Both the position numbers and the translations under genes were made by a program. Source: Spirochaetia bacterium (GTDB taxonomy: Bacteria > Spirochaetota > Spirochaetia > DSM-27196 > Salinispiraceae). Taken from it: DNA of 64,000 nt. Shown piece after piece: positions 1 through 10,493 of the stretch. Location of the stretch: assembly GCA_038204425.1 (NCBI GenBank), contig JBBRCZ010000010.1, forward strand, positions 32,001-96,000. The letters are read 5' to 3'. The first letter of the stretch is position 1; each line of letters begins with the position of its first letter. The notes beneath the pieces were generated by a model. It made no database searches. It was not told the DNA's origin and worked only from the letters and a program-made list of their open reading frames with translations.

Positions 1-1141
1 CTGGTTCAATAAACTGCCAACCAGGCTTGTAACGTTCTAGCAACTCGTCGAGCTCTTTCTGAGCACCACCCGACCATCCAAACGAACCAAATCTAAAGGC
101 CAATCTATTGAGGGCGCGTTTTTTGCACAGTTCATCAATAACGGCAAACATCGGCGGAAACATTTTATACTCGTAGGTCGGCATGCCAAAAACCAAAGCA
201 CTGCTGTTCCAAACCGAGGCGAGAATATCCCCAATGTGGCTTTGAGGAACTTGATGCACGTGTACAATTACACCTTCGGCCTCTAGGGATTCTACAAGCG
301 GCTTGACGGCTCTTTCGGTGTTGCCGTACATACTTCCCCAAAGAACCGTAACTTCTTCTTTACAGGGGCCTTTTTGGTACTTTGCATAACGTTTGTAGTC
401 ATTAACGATTTTGAGTGGGTCTTTTCGCCATACTATGCCGTGACCCGGCGCAATAATCTTAAGTTGATCACCAATAATTTTTTCTACTTTTTCTATGGCT
501 TTCTGAACAGGCAAACTGAACGCGGCTACAATGTTGGCATAATAGCGCACAGCCTCATTCTCAAAAAAGTCCAGATCTTTTTGGCTTAGGTTATCATCGT
601 ATGGTGCATCTTCAATCGCGCCAAAACTGCCAAATGCATCGCAAGGCATTAAACAGCCAGTTTTGGTATCAAAAGTAGCAATGGTTTCGGGCCAATGCAC
701 GTTTGGAATCTCGGCGAAAGCAAGCACATGCCCCTTGCCCAAATCAAGCGTATCGCCGTCTTTAACGATGCGCGTCTTGACTTCGATATTGTAGAAGGCC
801 TTGAGCAGAACCACGGCCTTTTCACTAGTGACAATTTCAAAATTGTCCCCGCGTATGGCTCTAAACGCTTCGATCCAGCCAGAATGATCGGGCTCCATGT
901 GATTGATAATTACATAGTCTATTTGATCAAGGGTAATGCTCAGTTTTTCAAGTTGGGCGAGTAAACTTTCTGGAACTCCATCCCAACCACAGACACCATC
1001 GACAATGGCAACCTTGTCACCTTTGATTATATACGAGTTCATGGAAACACCATTGGGTATGGGCCAGATCCCTTCAAACAGAATATCTTTTGTATTGGCA
1101 GAAAGTCTATAAATATCTTCGCAGACGGTCGTGACGTGCAT
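1..1141 (-). CDS. fprA: FprA-type flavodiiron protein (metallo-beta-lactamase + flavodoxin); 3' end runs off the window
   Basis: Not in the ORF track (no stop in window). Manual translation of both ends: from ATG at 1141 (SD AAGGAG), MHVTTVCEDIYRLSANTKDILFEGIWPIPNGVSMNSYIIKGDKVAIVDG; at the left edge in the same frame, the flavodoxin motif FGSFGWSGGA. Confidence 0.88.
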   Translation of the reverse strand, partial: MHVTTVCEDIYRLSANTKDILFEGIWPIPNGVSMNSYIIKGDKVAIVDGVCGWDGVPESLLAQLEKLSITLDQIDYVIINHMEPDHSGWIEAFRAIRGDNFEIVTSEKAVVLLKAFYNIEVKTRIVKDGDTLDLGKGHVLAFAEIPNVHWPETIATFDTKTGCLMPCDAFGSFGAIEDAPYDDNLSQKDLDFFENEAVRYYANIVAAFSLPVQKAIEKVEKIIGDQLKIIAPGHGIVWRKDPLKIVNDYKRYAKYQKGPCKEEVTVLWGSMYGNTERAVKPLVESLEAEGVIVHVHQVPQSHIGDILASVWNSSALVFGMPTYEYKMFPPMFAVIDELCKKRALNRLAFRFGSFGWSGGAQKELDELLERYKPGWQFIEP

Positions 1142-1248
1142 GCGCTTGTCTCCTTTGATTGCTTTGGCAAGCTAATGATAATGGTGGGCTAAACTCTAAT
1201 GTTAGCTTGCAAAAATAACAAGCATGGCCAGGTCTATATGGCGCTATT

Positions 1249-1695
1249 TCAGCTCTGTCTGGCCATAAGTACGCGATCCAATGCCGCAGAAAAGGCGTGT
1301 TTTTCCTTGTCGCCAAAATTTGCACCGGATTGGCCGAGCAAACTACTGTCTCGTAACGATGCCATAAAATCCCGCTGACTAAGACGCTCGCGAATGCTGT
1401 CTTGTCTAAAAATTGTGCCTCTATCGTTAAGGACGGTGATACCTTTTTCCAAAAGTATGGCGGCAAATGGTATATCTCTTGTAAAAACGATATCATCGCC
1501 ACTAGCGTTTTCACTTATCCAGCGGTCGGCTTCGTCAGGAAGTGGAGAAACAAGAATGTATTCAATGTTGCTTTCGTGATTTTTTCTTGGTTTGCAGGAA
1601 ACCATGCGGATTTGAGCAGAACTACGCCTAGCTGCTCGCTGAAGCACCGGTACGAGTACCGTTGGGAACGAGTCTCCATCAATATAAAAATACAT
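1249..1695 (-). CDS. YaiI/YqxD (UPF0178) family protein
   Basis: YIDGDSFP start, ADRWI, GDDIVFTRDIPFAA, C-terminal FSAALDR; 148 aa. Confidence 0.85.
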   Translation of the reverse strand: MYFYIDGDSFPTVLVPVLQRAARRSSAQIRMVSCKPRKNHESNIEYILVSPLPDEADRWISENASGDDIVFTRDIPFAAILLEKGITVLNDRGTIFRQDSIRERLSQRDFMASLRDSSLLGQSGANFGDKEKHAFSAALDRVLMARQS

Positions 1696-1701
1696 GCCAA
1701 C

Positions 1702-1750
1702 AGTCTACTCTCACTCGGCACTTGCTTCAAGAGCAATCAAGGCTTAGACT
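1702..1750. promoter_or_regulatory. Overlapping divergent sigma70-like promoters
   Basis: Minus strand: TTGAAG-N17-TAGACT (1730-1702), 6 nt before the yaiI-like ATG. Plus strand: TTGCTT-N17-TAGACT (1722-1750), ahead of the GHMP kinase SD AGGAG. Confidence 0.55.
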
Positions 1751-1767
1751 TATGCACAGGAGTGCAC

Positions 1768-3081
1768 ATGAACCTTTTGGATCTCGAATCTAAGGTTAAA
1801 CAAGGCGATGCAGACCAGCTCTGTAATGAGCTAGGCTTGGACAAGGAAGCGCTTCCCCATCTCAGGATGCGGCACAGAATTGACTACTTGACCGCTCAGG
1901 CGAGAGAAGTATTTTCTTGGACCGACCAAACTGAGGTGGAAGTCTACTCTTCCCCGGCCCGAATCCGTTACATGGGCGACTACGGTCCTTTTTTTGGCGG
2001 CGACTGTCTTGGCTCACCGGTTCACCTCGATATGTTGGCAATCTCTCGACGCCGCGATGATCAAACTGCGCTTTTGACCAGCCATGGTTTTGAACCGCTC
2101 TACCATGTGGAGCTCGATGACGGTAAAGAAAAAGACTCCGAGGCAGGCGAACCATCGGCTTTGCTGCGCGGCGTCGCAAGCTATTTGCTTTCGCAAGGCT
2201 ACCCAGTAAAAGGTTTTGAGATTTCACTATACTCGCTCATACCTGGCAACATGAATTTTGCTTCGTCGACGGCATTGGCCTGCTTGTTTGGCACGTTAAT
2301 GGTGCATCAGTTGCCCGAGAGACCACAAGCCTGGGAAACCTTGGTAGCCAACGCAGCAGTTTTTGCAGAAGAGCAGTTCTTAGGCCGCAAATCCCATCCC
2401 GGTGACGCATGGATGTGCTTGGGTGGCCCGTTTGTTCACGTTTACAATGAAAATCAAGGTTTGCGCGTACGTTACTTGCATCCACCACGCAAGTTTGATG
2501 ACTACGCCATCGTTAACATAGACAGCTACGAGGGATTTATAGACAACGAGCAAGAAGCCCAAGTGGCGCTAGACGAACTATCTTTACTCGCTCAGGCACT
2601 TTGTGTAGCGCCCCAAGAACTTGCGCAACGTGGTGCTTCGACACTGGTCAACCACTGCACAGACGTCAGGACTAAAGCGGGCGACCGAGCCTTGTTGCGT
2701 GGACTGTTTGTAATGGACGAACAACAACGCATTAAAACTAGCGTTAAAGCCCTGGATTCGCAAGCTGGCTTTGGCGCCTTTTTGGATCTTGTTAATGTAT
2801 CCACCTCTACCTCGTATCGACAGATGCAAAACATATACTCATCGGTATCTCAGAGCGCTCGCGGCATCGGCGTGGCCATAGAACTCTCTGAGCGTTGGTT
2901 TAGGGCCATGGGCATTCCCGCCGCCATGCGACCACATGGAAAAGGCTTTTCTGGCTCCATTTTTACCTTTTTGCCTTCCAACAAGAGCCAATCCTATATT
3001 GAGTATATGGATACCATTTTTGGATCTGGCTCAGGTCGAAATTTATACATTCGCAGTCGCGGTAGCTGCCAAATCATTTAG
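1768..3081 (+). CDS. Divergent galactokinase-like GHMP kinase
   Basis: Start reassigned to ATG 1768 (SD AGGAG). Motifs SPARIRYMGDY, IPGNMNFASSTA, AEEQFLG...GD and RPHGKGFSGS align to GHMP/galactokinase motifs. Confidence 0.7.
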   Translation: MNLLDLESKVKQGDADQLCNELGLDKEALPHLRMRHRIDYLTAQAREVFSWTDQTEVEVYSSPARIRYMGDYGPFFGGDCLGSPVHLDMLAISRRRDDQTALLTSHGFEPLYHVELDDGKEKDSEAGEPSALLRGVASYLLSQGYPVKGFEISLYSLIPGNMNFASSTALACLFGTLMVHQLPERPQAWETLVANAAVFAEEQFLGRKSHPGDAWMCLGGPFVHVYNENQGLRVRYLHPPRKFDDYAIVNIDSYEGFIDNEQEAQVALDELSLLAQALCVAPQELAQRGASTLVNHCTDVRTKAGDRALLRGLFVMDEQQRIKTSVKALDSQAGFGAFLDLVNVSTSTSYRQMQNIYSSVSQSARGIGVAIELSERWFRAMGIPAAMRPHGKGFSGSIFTFLPSNKSQSYIEYMDTIFGSGSGRNLYIRSRGSCQII

Positions 3082-3200
3082 TTCTATAGCTAACCAGCAT
3101 CTGCTTTTCTTTCAAAGAGCCTCGGCAGCTTGAATTTTTTGATAGCACTGTTTAAAGTCGCCTGTAATCATCAATTCTTTCTACGCGTTAAGGAGCCACC

Positions 3201-4865
3201 ATGGAAGTCTCTGCACTGCAGACAGCACGGTACCAATACCAGCCCAAACTTCCCCCAGTCTTACGGGGAGACATCGCCAACATTTCTGTAAAACTTGGTA
3301 AAGCAACCCAATCCATCGCCAACCAAGAAGAACTCAAACAAGTCTTCAGCAGTACCTACGGGGCTCCTGTGGCAGAGCTTGTGACGCAAAAAAACGATCA
3401 AAGCGGCAAGCAACTTTGCTTGGCCGTAGTCTTGTCAGGTGGTCAAGCTCCTGGTGGGCACAACGTTATTGCTGGACTCTATGATGGTCTAAAGAAAGGC
3501 AACAAAAAGAGTCGTTTATTGGGCGCAAAGGGAGGTCCAAAAGGACTTATCGATGGCAGCTTTATCGAAATCGACGATGCCTTTATGGACAGATATCGAA
3601 ACACCGGTGGCTTTGACATGATAGGCTCAGGCCGCGACAAAATTGAACAATCTACCGATCTAGAAAAAGTAGTGGCAGTTTGTAGCAAAGAAGGTATAGA
3701 CGGTGTAGTTATTATTGGCGGGGACGACTCAAACACCAACGCTGCAGTACTTGCCGAGTACTTTAAGAAGAAGAATGTAGATGTCGGCGTGGTTGGCTGT
3801 CCAAAAACCATTGACGGTGACCTCAAGAACGAGCACATTGAGACTAGTTTTGGTTTTGATACGGCCTGTAAAACCTACAGCGAACTTATTGGCAACATTG
3901 GTCGCGATGCAAACTCAGCCAAAAAATATTGGCACTTCATTAAGCTCATGGGCCGCTCAGCCAGCCACATCACGCTTGAATGTGCACTGCAGGTGCAACC
4001 TAACATTTGCCTAATTGGTGAAGAAGTTTCAGCCAAAAAGCAGACGCTGGATCAAATTGTCAACTATATCGCAGAAATTATCGCCAATCGCGCCAAAAAG
4101 GGCTCCAACTTTGGTATTGCTCTTATTCCCGAAGGTCTCATTGAATTTATTCCCGAGGTTGGCGCATTGATAAGCCAATTATCTGATGTCTTAGCCCACG
4201 ATCACGAGGCAGACAAAACATTTGAGAAGCTCGCTAGTTTGGAAGCGCAACTTTTGTGGTTGCTAGGCAATTTGAGTCCAGAAAACAATAAAGTTTTGGC
4301 TGCACTTCCAAGTGATATCCAGCGCCAGTTGTTTTTGGACAGAGACAGCCACGGCAACGTGCAAGTTTCTTTGATCGAAACAGAAAAGCTAATCATTGAG
4401 TTGGTAAAAAGAAAACTTAAGACTTGGGCAGCCGAAGGCACCTATCAAGGCAAATTTTCGGCCTTGTCGCATTTCTTTGGCTATGAAGGTCGTTGTGCAT
4501 TTCCCTCCAATTTTGACGCCGACTATTGTTACAGCCTCGGTTTTACAGCCTTTATTCTCTTTAATGCTGGGCTTACCGGCTACCTCTCCAGCGTCAAAAA
4601 CACGCATTTGAGCGCTGACAAATGGACAGCGGGTGGAATCCCTATCACTATGATGATGAATCTCGAGCAGCGTCATGGCAAGCCAAAACCGGTTATCAAG
4701 AAAGCATTGGTAGAACTAGATGCAAAACCATTTAAGACTTTTGCCAAAAATCGCGATACCTGGGCTGTAGAAACAGCCTACCTCTATCCTGGAGCCATTC
4801 AATATTACGGGCCAAGTGAAGTCTGCGACCAACCCACTAAAACCTTGTTGCTCGAGCAGAACTAG
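3201..4865 (+). CDS. pfp: Pyrophosphate-dependent phosphofructokinase (long form)
   Basis: [47 protein letters not shown]; 554 aa. Confidence 0.95.
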   Translation: MEVSALQTARYQYQPKLPPVLRGDIANISVKLGKATQSIANQEELKQVFSSTYGAPVAELVTQKNDQSGKQLCLAVVLSGGQAPGGHNVIAGLYDGLKKGNKKSRLLGAKGGPKGLIDGSFIEIDDAFMDRYRNTGGFDMIGSGRDKIEQSTDLEKVVAVCSKEGIDGVVIIGGDDSNTNAAVLAEYFKKKNVDVGVVGCPKTIDGDLKNEHIETSFGFDTACKTYSELIGNIGRDANSAKKYWHFIKLMGRSASHITLECALQVQPNICLIGEEVSAKKQTLDQIVNYIAEIIANRAKKGSNFGIALIPEGLIEFIPEVGALISQLSDVLAHDHEADKTFEKLASLEAQLLWLLGNLSPENNKVLAALPSDIQRQLFLDRDSHGNVQVSLIETEKLIIELVKRKLKTWAAEGTYQGKFSALSHFFGYEGRCAFPSNFDADYCYSLGFTAFILFNAGLTGYLSSVKNTHLSADKWTAGGIPITMMMNLEQRHGKPKPVIKKALVELDAKPFKTFAKNRDTWAVETAYLYPGAIQYYGPSEVCDQPTKTLLLEQN

Positions 4866-4908
4866 AAATTTAGAGACGGACCATGAGCTGAACTATGTAA
4901 AACACGGG

Positions 4909-5625
4909 TCAGCTCTTGGTCCAGTCTTTCCAAGAACCAAAAAGCCGACCCTGCCTAGTTTTGACTCTTGTTTTGAGTCCACTTAAATATTCTAGGCGTG
5001 TAATTTCTCGTGCACCAAAACTGTAGAACAGGTCAGTGTGAACTTGTGAATCGATTAGATCAATTCCACGTTTCTTCAATGCCTGACACAGATGATAGAA
5101 TGCCAGTTTAGAAGCATTGCTGACCAGAGAAAACATTGATTCGCCACAGAACAAAGAGTCTAGTGCTACGCCATACAAGCCAGCGACCAAGTTTCCATCT
5201 AGCCAAGTTTCCACCGAATGAGCATATCCCAGTCGATGCAAATGCAGATAAGAATCCTGAATATCTTGCACAATCCAAGTACCTGACTGGCCGGGTCTTG
5301 GCGCTTGTGAACAATGTTTAATTACTTGGTCAAATGCGGTGTCAAAAGTAAAGGTAAACTCATTTTTTTTGACCAGTTTTTGTAACGACGAACTAAAGTG
5401 AAGGTCAGATAGCTTTAATACAAACCTTGGATCTGGACTCCACCAAAGAATAGGTTCTTTATGGGAGTACCAAGGAAAAAAACCTCGCTCATAGGCCGAT
5501 AGCACCATTCCTGGCGACAGGTTACCTCCCGCACAGATTGGCCCGTCGCCGGGCCCAAGTGCTGGATCAGGAAAATCAAAAATATCATACGCATCCAGAT
5601 ACGGAAATTCTTCTTGCCTAGACAA
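4909..5625 (-). CDS. aat: Leucyl/phenylalanyl-tRNA--protein transferase
   Basis: GGNLS...AYERGFFPW, ILWWSPDPR, AHSVETW, FCGESMFS, ASKLAF. Confidence 0.95.
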   Translation of the reverse strand: MSRQEEFPYLDAYDIFDFPDPALGPGDGPICAGGNLSPGMVLSAYERGFFPWYSHKEPILWWSPDPRFVLKLSDLHFSSSLQKLVKKNEFTFTFDTAFDQVIKHCSQAPRPGQSGTWIVQDIQDSYLHLHRLGYAHSVETWLDGNLVAGLYGVALDSLFCGESMFSLVSNASKLAFYHLCQALKKRGIDLIDSQVHTDLFYSFGAREITRLEYLSGLKTRVKTRQGRLFGSWKDWTKS

Positions 5626-5636
5626 AGCTAAACCAA

Positions 5637-8039
5637 TTACTTCAAATCAGTCTTTTTTTTCTTAGGTTTAGCGATGGCCGACTCAAAATCCATCTCCAAC
5701 TTATCGTCGACCAAGCTTACCTTGGCCTTACCACCGTGTTCGAGCTTTCCAAACAATACTTGATCTATGAATATTGCACGAATCTTGTCATCAACAAGTC
5801 TTGCAATATTACGGGCACCATACTCCGCTGAGTAACCCTGAGCGGCCAAGTATTCTACTACTTGATCACTAATCTCAAGCTCCACGTCTTTCTCTTTTAG
5901 CTGCACTTCAAACTCGCGCAGTTCTTTTCTGACGATGTTTTGCACCACTTTGATGTCAAGCGCATTAAACTGCACTACTTTATCGAGTCGGTTTCTAAAC
6001 TCCGGACTAAAAAGTCTGTCTACGGCGTCAGCAACTGCGCTTTCCGTAATTGATCGGCTGCCAAAGCCGATCAGCGGCTTGCCGATTTCTCGGGCTCCTG
6101 CGTTGGAAGTCATAATCAATACTACGTTTCTAAAGTCAGCTTTACGACCGCTATTGTCAGTCAAAGTCGCGTAGTCCATAACCTGCAAGAGAATGTTAAA
6201 GATGTCTACATGGGCTTTTTCTATCTCATCGAGCAATAGTACTGCGTGAGGTGTTTTTCTTATCGCCTCAGTCAACAGACCACCTTCTTCGTAACCTACG
6301 TATCCCGGAGGTGATCCAATAAGTCTGCTCACGGCGTGACGCTCTTGGTATTCACTCATATCAAAGCGTAGTAGTTCGACACCCAGACTCAAGGCCAGCT
6401 GCTTGGCAAGTTCAGTCTTTCCTACTCCAGTTGGCCCAACAAAAAGAAAGTTTGCCACCGGTTTGTTGGCCTTCCTGAAACCTGCTCGTGATCGTTTAAC
6501 CGCTTCAACAACTTTGATCAAGGCCTCATCCTGACCAAAAACAACCGATCGCAAATCTGACTCAAGACGCGACAGTCGTTCCTTTTCGCTAAGGCCTACC
6601 GTTCTGACTGGTATCCTGGCTATGCGGCTCACCACTTGTTCAATCAGGTCAACACCTATTTGGGGCCATTTACTCTCGTCGAGTGGCTCAAGGGCAACCT
6701 TCTCCAGTTGCATGCTAGCTTCTTTGACGTCTGACTTGTAGTGGCGCATGCGCACCAAAGCCCCGGCTTCGTCAATAACGTCGATCGCCTTATCAGGAAG
6801 GTGCCTGTCGTTTATGTATTGTGCAGAAAGCTCAACAGCCAACTCAAGTGCCTCATCCGAAAAGTGGACTTGATGAAATTGCTCATACTTGGTCCGCAGA
6901 CCTTTGAGAATTTCCAGTGCCTCAGCGTTGCTCGGTTCATTTATATCTATGTGTTGGAAGCGTCGGGCAAGTGCCTTATCTCGTTCAAGAAACTTACGAT
7001 ACTCCTCAGGAGTGGTAGCCCCAATAACTCGTAACTTGCCCGAACTGAGCGCGGGTTTTAACAGATTGGACGCATCCATTGCACCGCCCGACGTTGCTCC
7101 AGCGCCGACAATGGTATGGATCTCATCAATAAAAAGTATCGACTTCTTTTCTTGTTCCAGCGCCTTGAGAACTGCCTTGATTCGTTCTTCAAAATCCCCT
7201 CGGTAGCGCGTACCTGCCAGTAAGGCACCCATGTCTAGCGAATAGAGCTTGTAGTCTTTGAGTAGGTCCGGAACGTCGCCAGAGGCTATACATTGTGCCA
7301 AGCCTTCAGTAACGGCAGTTTTTCCTACCCCAGGGGCCCCCAAGTGAACAGGGTTGTTTTTGAGCCGCCGACACAAGATTTGCATGGTTCGTTCCAAAAT
7401 CTCACTGCGACCTACTAATGGCTCAAGCTCACCAGCTCGTGCAGCAGCAACCAAGTCGCGCGTAAAGTTTTTGAGTGCCTTGGCAGGATTGCTGTTAGAA
7501 GCCTCACCGCCTTGAGGCTCTGGCCCCGTACTGGCTTCTTCTTTGTCTTGATCTTCTGGTTTTTCATTAGAGATTTCTTGGTCGCCCATGCGCTCTCTCA
7601 TTTCGGCTTCACTTCTTCCCAAGACATGGGAAATAACCTCTAGCATAGACAAACGATTTACGCCTGCTTTATTGAGATAAAAAGCCGCAAAACTTTCTTC
7701 TTCGTCGTACATAGCTATCAGAATGTCGCCCATTTCTATGCTTTCTTTTTCGGCGTGCTCGGAATGCATAGCGGCTTGCGTGATAATGTTCTGAAAACCC
7801 AAAGATTGGTCGGGAATATCTCTTTGTACTACAGGGACTTTTTCTAACAAGTGGCGGGCAAGATCCTGCATTATGGCATCAGCTTGTGCCCCACAAGCTT
7901 TAACCAATTCTCGCACATAGGGAAAATGTAGTCCTGCATATAAAACATGTTCGGGCGTCAAAAACTCATGCTTTTTAAGTCTAGCTTCTTGATAAGCGGC
8001 ATTCATAATATCTTGAACTTCAATACTTACATTCATCAT
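5637..8039 (-). CDS. clpA: ATP-dependent Clp protease ATP-binding subunit ClpA
   Basis: Clp N domain; two AAA+ modules (GAPGVGKT/FIDEIH and GPTGVGKT/LLDEIEKAH); no long middle domain; flanked by clpS and aat. Confidence 0.95.
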   Translation of the reverse strand: MMNVSIEVQDIMNAAYQEARLKKHEFLTPEHVLYAGLHFPYVRELVKACGAQADAIMQDLARHLLEKVPVVQRDIPDQSLGFQNIITQAAMHSEHAEKESIEMGDILIAMYDEEESFAAFYLNKAGVNRLSMLEVISHVLGRSEAEMRERMGDQEISNEKPEDQDKEEASTGPEPQGGEASNSNPAKALKNFTRDLVAAARAGELEPLVGRSEILERTMQILCRRLKNNPVHLGAPGVGKTAVTEGLAQCIASGDVPDLLKDYKLYSLDMGALLAGTRYRGDFEERIKAVLKALEQEKKSILFIDEIHTIVGAGATSGGAMDASNLLKPALSSGKLRVIGATTPEEYRKFLERDKALARRFQHIDINEPSNAEALEILKGLRTKYEQFHQVHFSDEALELAVELSAQYINDRHLPDKAIDVIDEAGALVRMRHYKSDVKEASMQLEKVALEPLDESKWPQIGVDLIEQVVSRIARIPVRTVGLSEKERLSRLESDLRSVVFGQDEALIKVVEAVKRSRAGFRKANKPVANFLFVGPTGVGKTELAKQLALSLGVELLRFDMSEYQERHAVSRLIGSPPGYVGYEEGGLLTEAIRKTPHAVLLLDEIEKAHVDIFNILLQVMDYATLTDNSGRKADFRNVVLIMTSNAGAREIGKPLIGFGSRSITESAVADAVDRLFSPEFRNRLDKVVQFNALDIKVVQNIVRKELREFEVQLKEKDVELEISDQVVEYLAAQGYSAEYGARNIARLVDDKIRAIFIDQVLFGKLEHGGKAKVSLVDDKLEMDFESAIAKPKKKKTDLK

Positions 8040-8073
8040 CAGTCTCCCTGTTTAGTAAAAACACCTTTTGTGC

Positions 8074-8400
8074 TTAGGCTGGCTCAACTTGGCATTGCAG
8101 TGGAAAGCCCTCTGCACGCGCGCGATGATGTACCTGGCCAGCTTTTGAAACAGCAATATCGTAGGTAAAGGTAGAAACCACCCCCCTGCCCTTTCTATGA
8201 ACATCTAGCATTATTCTAGTAGCTGTCGTTGCATCGCAGCCAAAAACCTCTACCAGAACCTCCACTACAAAATCTCTGGTAGTATAATCATCGTTGATCA
8301 AGACAACCTTGTACATACTAGGTTCCTTGATCTTAACTTGTTCTTTTTCGAGAGTGTCTGTCCCAAAATCCGGTTTGTCCGAACCATGTTTTTTTGCCAT
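8074..8400 (-). CDS. clpS: ATP-dependent Clp protease adaptor ClpS
   Basis: PSMYKVVLINDDYTTRDFVVEVL, MLDVHRKG, FPLQC. Confidence 0.95.
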   Translation of the reverse strand: MAKKHGSDKPDFGTDTLEKEQVKIKEPSMYKVVLINDDYTTRDFVVEVLVEVFGCDATTATRIMLDVHRKGRGVVSTFTYDIAVSKAGQVHHRARAEGFPLQCQVEPA

Positions 8401-8416
8401 CTTGTTGGTCCTTAGT

Positions 8417-10489
8417 TTACATCTTCAAGGGCGCAAAATAGCCACTCTCGGATCTACCACTCTTCTGAAAGAGTTGCGCTTGTACCTCAACTGGAAGATA
8501 CTTTTTACCAAAGTCAGAGTCAAATAAAGATTTAAATCTTAGGAAGTAAGAACCATCTTTTTTGCGCAAAAGTTCTTTGCCCAAATCTACTATACCGGTT
8601 GGTCGATACAAAGCCCAGTCTATGCCTCCGCTTTCTTTTACCAAGAGACTTAGTTCTGGGTCGGCCTCATAGGGGACCGTGCGGATAAGACTTAAGTGAA
8701 CACGATTATTCTGTAAAAAACGCAGGTTCTCATCAAGACCATAGCGCGCAAAAGCATCTTCTGGTAAGCGACCGTCCCCAACCAAAACCAAGTGCCTCAA
8801 ACCTTGTCCTTTTAGCAGTAAAGGCAAGGCAAGCCTGATTGCTTGATCTAAGTACCAAAATCGACCAATTGGAAGAGCTGATGCCGCCGACAAAAGCTGA
8901 CTTTTGGGGCTACCCAATGCGGCCTCGATACTTGCCTTGTCGCTCGCCGATACCAAGGCTATTTTTGCTCCTGTCCCAAAGCCGTCAGCAATATTCCTAA
9001 TCGCGTTTTGAATCGCCTCACGAACTGCTGCATCACCGAGACTCTGGTCTGCCTGAACAATTATTACTGCATCCAGCTGGGTTTCATTGCTGCCGGACGA
9101 CAAAAACTGAACATTGTCAAGTTTCTTCCGACCTTCGGTCAAAGCCAAGTTGCTGGAAGTCAAGCCTTTTACAGGATTGCCAAGATTGTCCAGAACGCTC
9201 AGCTCTATGCTTACTTCCGGAAACTTATCGGCCATAACCCGATGAATTTGCACGGTTAGTCCAGAATAGACACCGGCTAACCTAGAAAGAATGTTTACGG
9301 CTTCTCCATCAAAATCGCTGGCCAACAAGTGCCCGTTGCTATCCATGCCTGTCCCAACAAATCGTCCACGGGCTTTTTCCTGAACAAAGAGACTACGCAG
9401 CTCTTGATTTTGTGGCAAGAACTCAAAAATTTCATTGCGAGTTGTAATTAGCAGACGATCCTTTTCAAATGGACCAATATCTTCAATGTCGGTCAAGCGA
9501 ACGTCCAAAATGGTATCAAGATGATTGCCGCTGCCATCAAAAACATGGAGCGCGGGATGTTTTCTGGAAGCATCGCCGACATAGAGTCTATTGTTGTGCC
9601 AGACTAGGCCAGTCGGACGTTCCAAACCAGCAAAAAACGAGGAGCGCTCACCAATAAAGAGCACAAACTTTCCAGTTCTGTCAAATTTTGCGACTCTTCG
9701 ATTGCCAATATCACTAACATAAAGATAGGTGCCTTTGTCCCAAGCAATAAACTGCGGTCCCAAGAATTGGCCATCGCCAGAACCTTTAGATCCAAACTCA
9801 CTCAGGTAGTTTCCATCCAAAGAATAGCGAATTACCTTGTCTGACAACATTTGCGTAATATAGAGCTCGTCTTCTAGCAAAACAATGTCAAATGGACCTT
9901 CCATTCTCGTCAAGGCGCCCTTGATACTACGTTTGCTTTTGCCGTTTGCATCCATGACCACTAAGGAATTGTTGCCAAAACTGACGACATAGCTCGTACC
10001 ATTAGGAAGAGAAACAACTGAAGAGGGCCGGCGGATTTGATACGGAACCGAGTTTTCTTTGTCCAGTTGCGCCACGGGAAAAAAGTTGAAGTCCTGCTCG
10101 ATAACCGAAGCAAGGCCACGTCGAGAGATGACACCCTCCATAAAAGATGACAATTCGGGACTTGCCGAGCCTTGTTTTTGGACAGATTCCCATTCGGCCA
10201 TGGCAGCCGACTCGTAGCCTGCCATAAAGTAGTCAAAACCGAGCCAAATACGGGCCAATTGATTGTTTGGCTGTAAGCTAAGCACTCGTTGATGCAGCAA
10301 TGCCGCCTCGGAATGGTAGCCGTCATGGAAGCGTGTTACACCTTGTCTAAAAATATCATCTGCACGGGCATCATCAACCCTAATTGGACTTGGAGACTGG
10401 GCAAGCAAAAGACTTGCACTCAATAGCAGTCCAAAACTCAACAGTAATGGTAAGCGTGGACGACCTGCACTATTTGACAATGATTTCAT
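8417..10489 (-). CDS. Exported TPR + NHL-repeat beta-propeller + VWA-like protein
   Basis: Signal peptide (LLLSFGLLLSASLLLAQ), N-terminal TPR helices, NHL repeats (FGSKGSGDGQFLGPQFIA, YVSDIGNRRVAKFD), C-terminal VWA-like fold. Confidence 0.75.
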   Translation of the reverse strand: MKSLSNSAGRPRLPLLLSFGLLLSASLLLAQSPSPIRVDDARADDIFRQGVTRFHDGYHSEAALLHQRVLSLQPNNQLARIWLGFDYFMAGYESAAMAEWESVQKQGSASPELSSFMEGVISRRGLASVIEQDFNFFPVAQLDKENSVPYQIRRPSSVVSLPNGTSYVVSFGNNSLVVMDANGKSKRSIKGALTRMEGPFDIVLLEDELYITQMLSDKVIRYSLDGNYLSEFGSKGSGDGQFLGPQFIAWDKGTYLYVSDIGNRRVAKFDRTGKFVLFIGERSSFFAGLERPTGLVWHNNRLYVGDASRKHPALHVFDGSGNHLDTILDVRLTDIEDIGPFEKDRLLITTRNEIFEFLPQNQELRSLFVQEKARGRFVGTGMDSNGHLLASDFDGEAVNILSRLAGVYSGLTVQIHRVMADKFPEVSIELSVLDNLGNPVKGLTSSNLALTEGRKKLDNVQFLSSGSNETQLDAVIIVQADQSLGDAAVREAIQNAIRNIADGFGTGAKIALVSASDKASIEAALGSPKSQLLSAASALPIGRFWYLDQAIRLALPLLLKGQGLRHLVLVGDGRLPEDAFARYGLDENLRFLQNNRVHLSLIRTVPYEADPELSLLVKESGGIDWALYRPTGIVDLGKELLRKKDGSYFLRFKSLFDSDFGKKYLPVEVQAQLFQKSGRSESGYFAPLKM

Positions 10490-10493
10490 TCAG

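Noticed and set aside
1402..1767. 122-codon upstream extension of the GHMP kinase ORF
   Set aside because: It overlaps the yaiI-like gene antisense; promoter and SD support ATG 1768.
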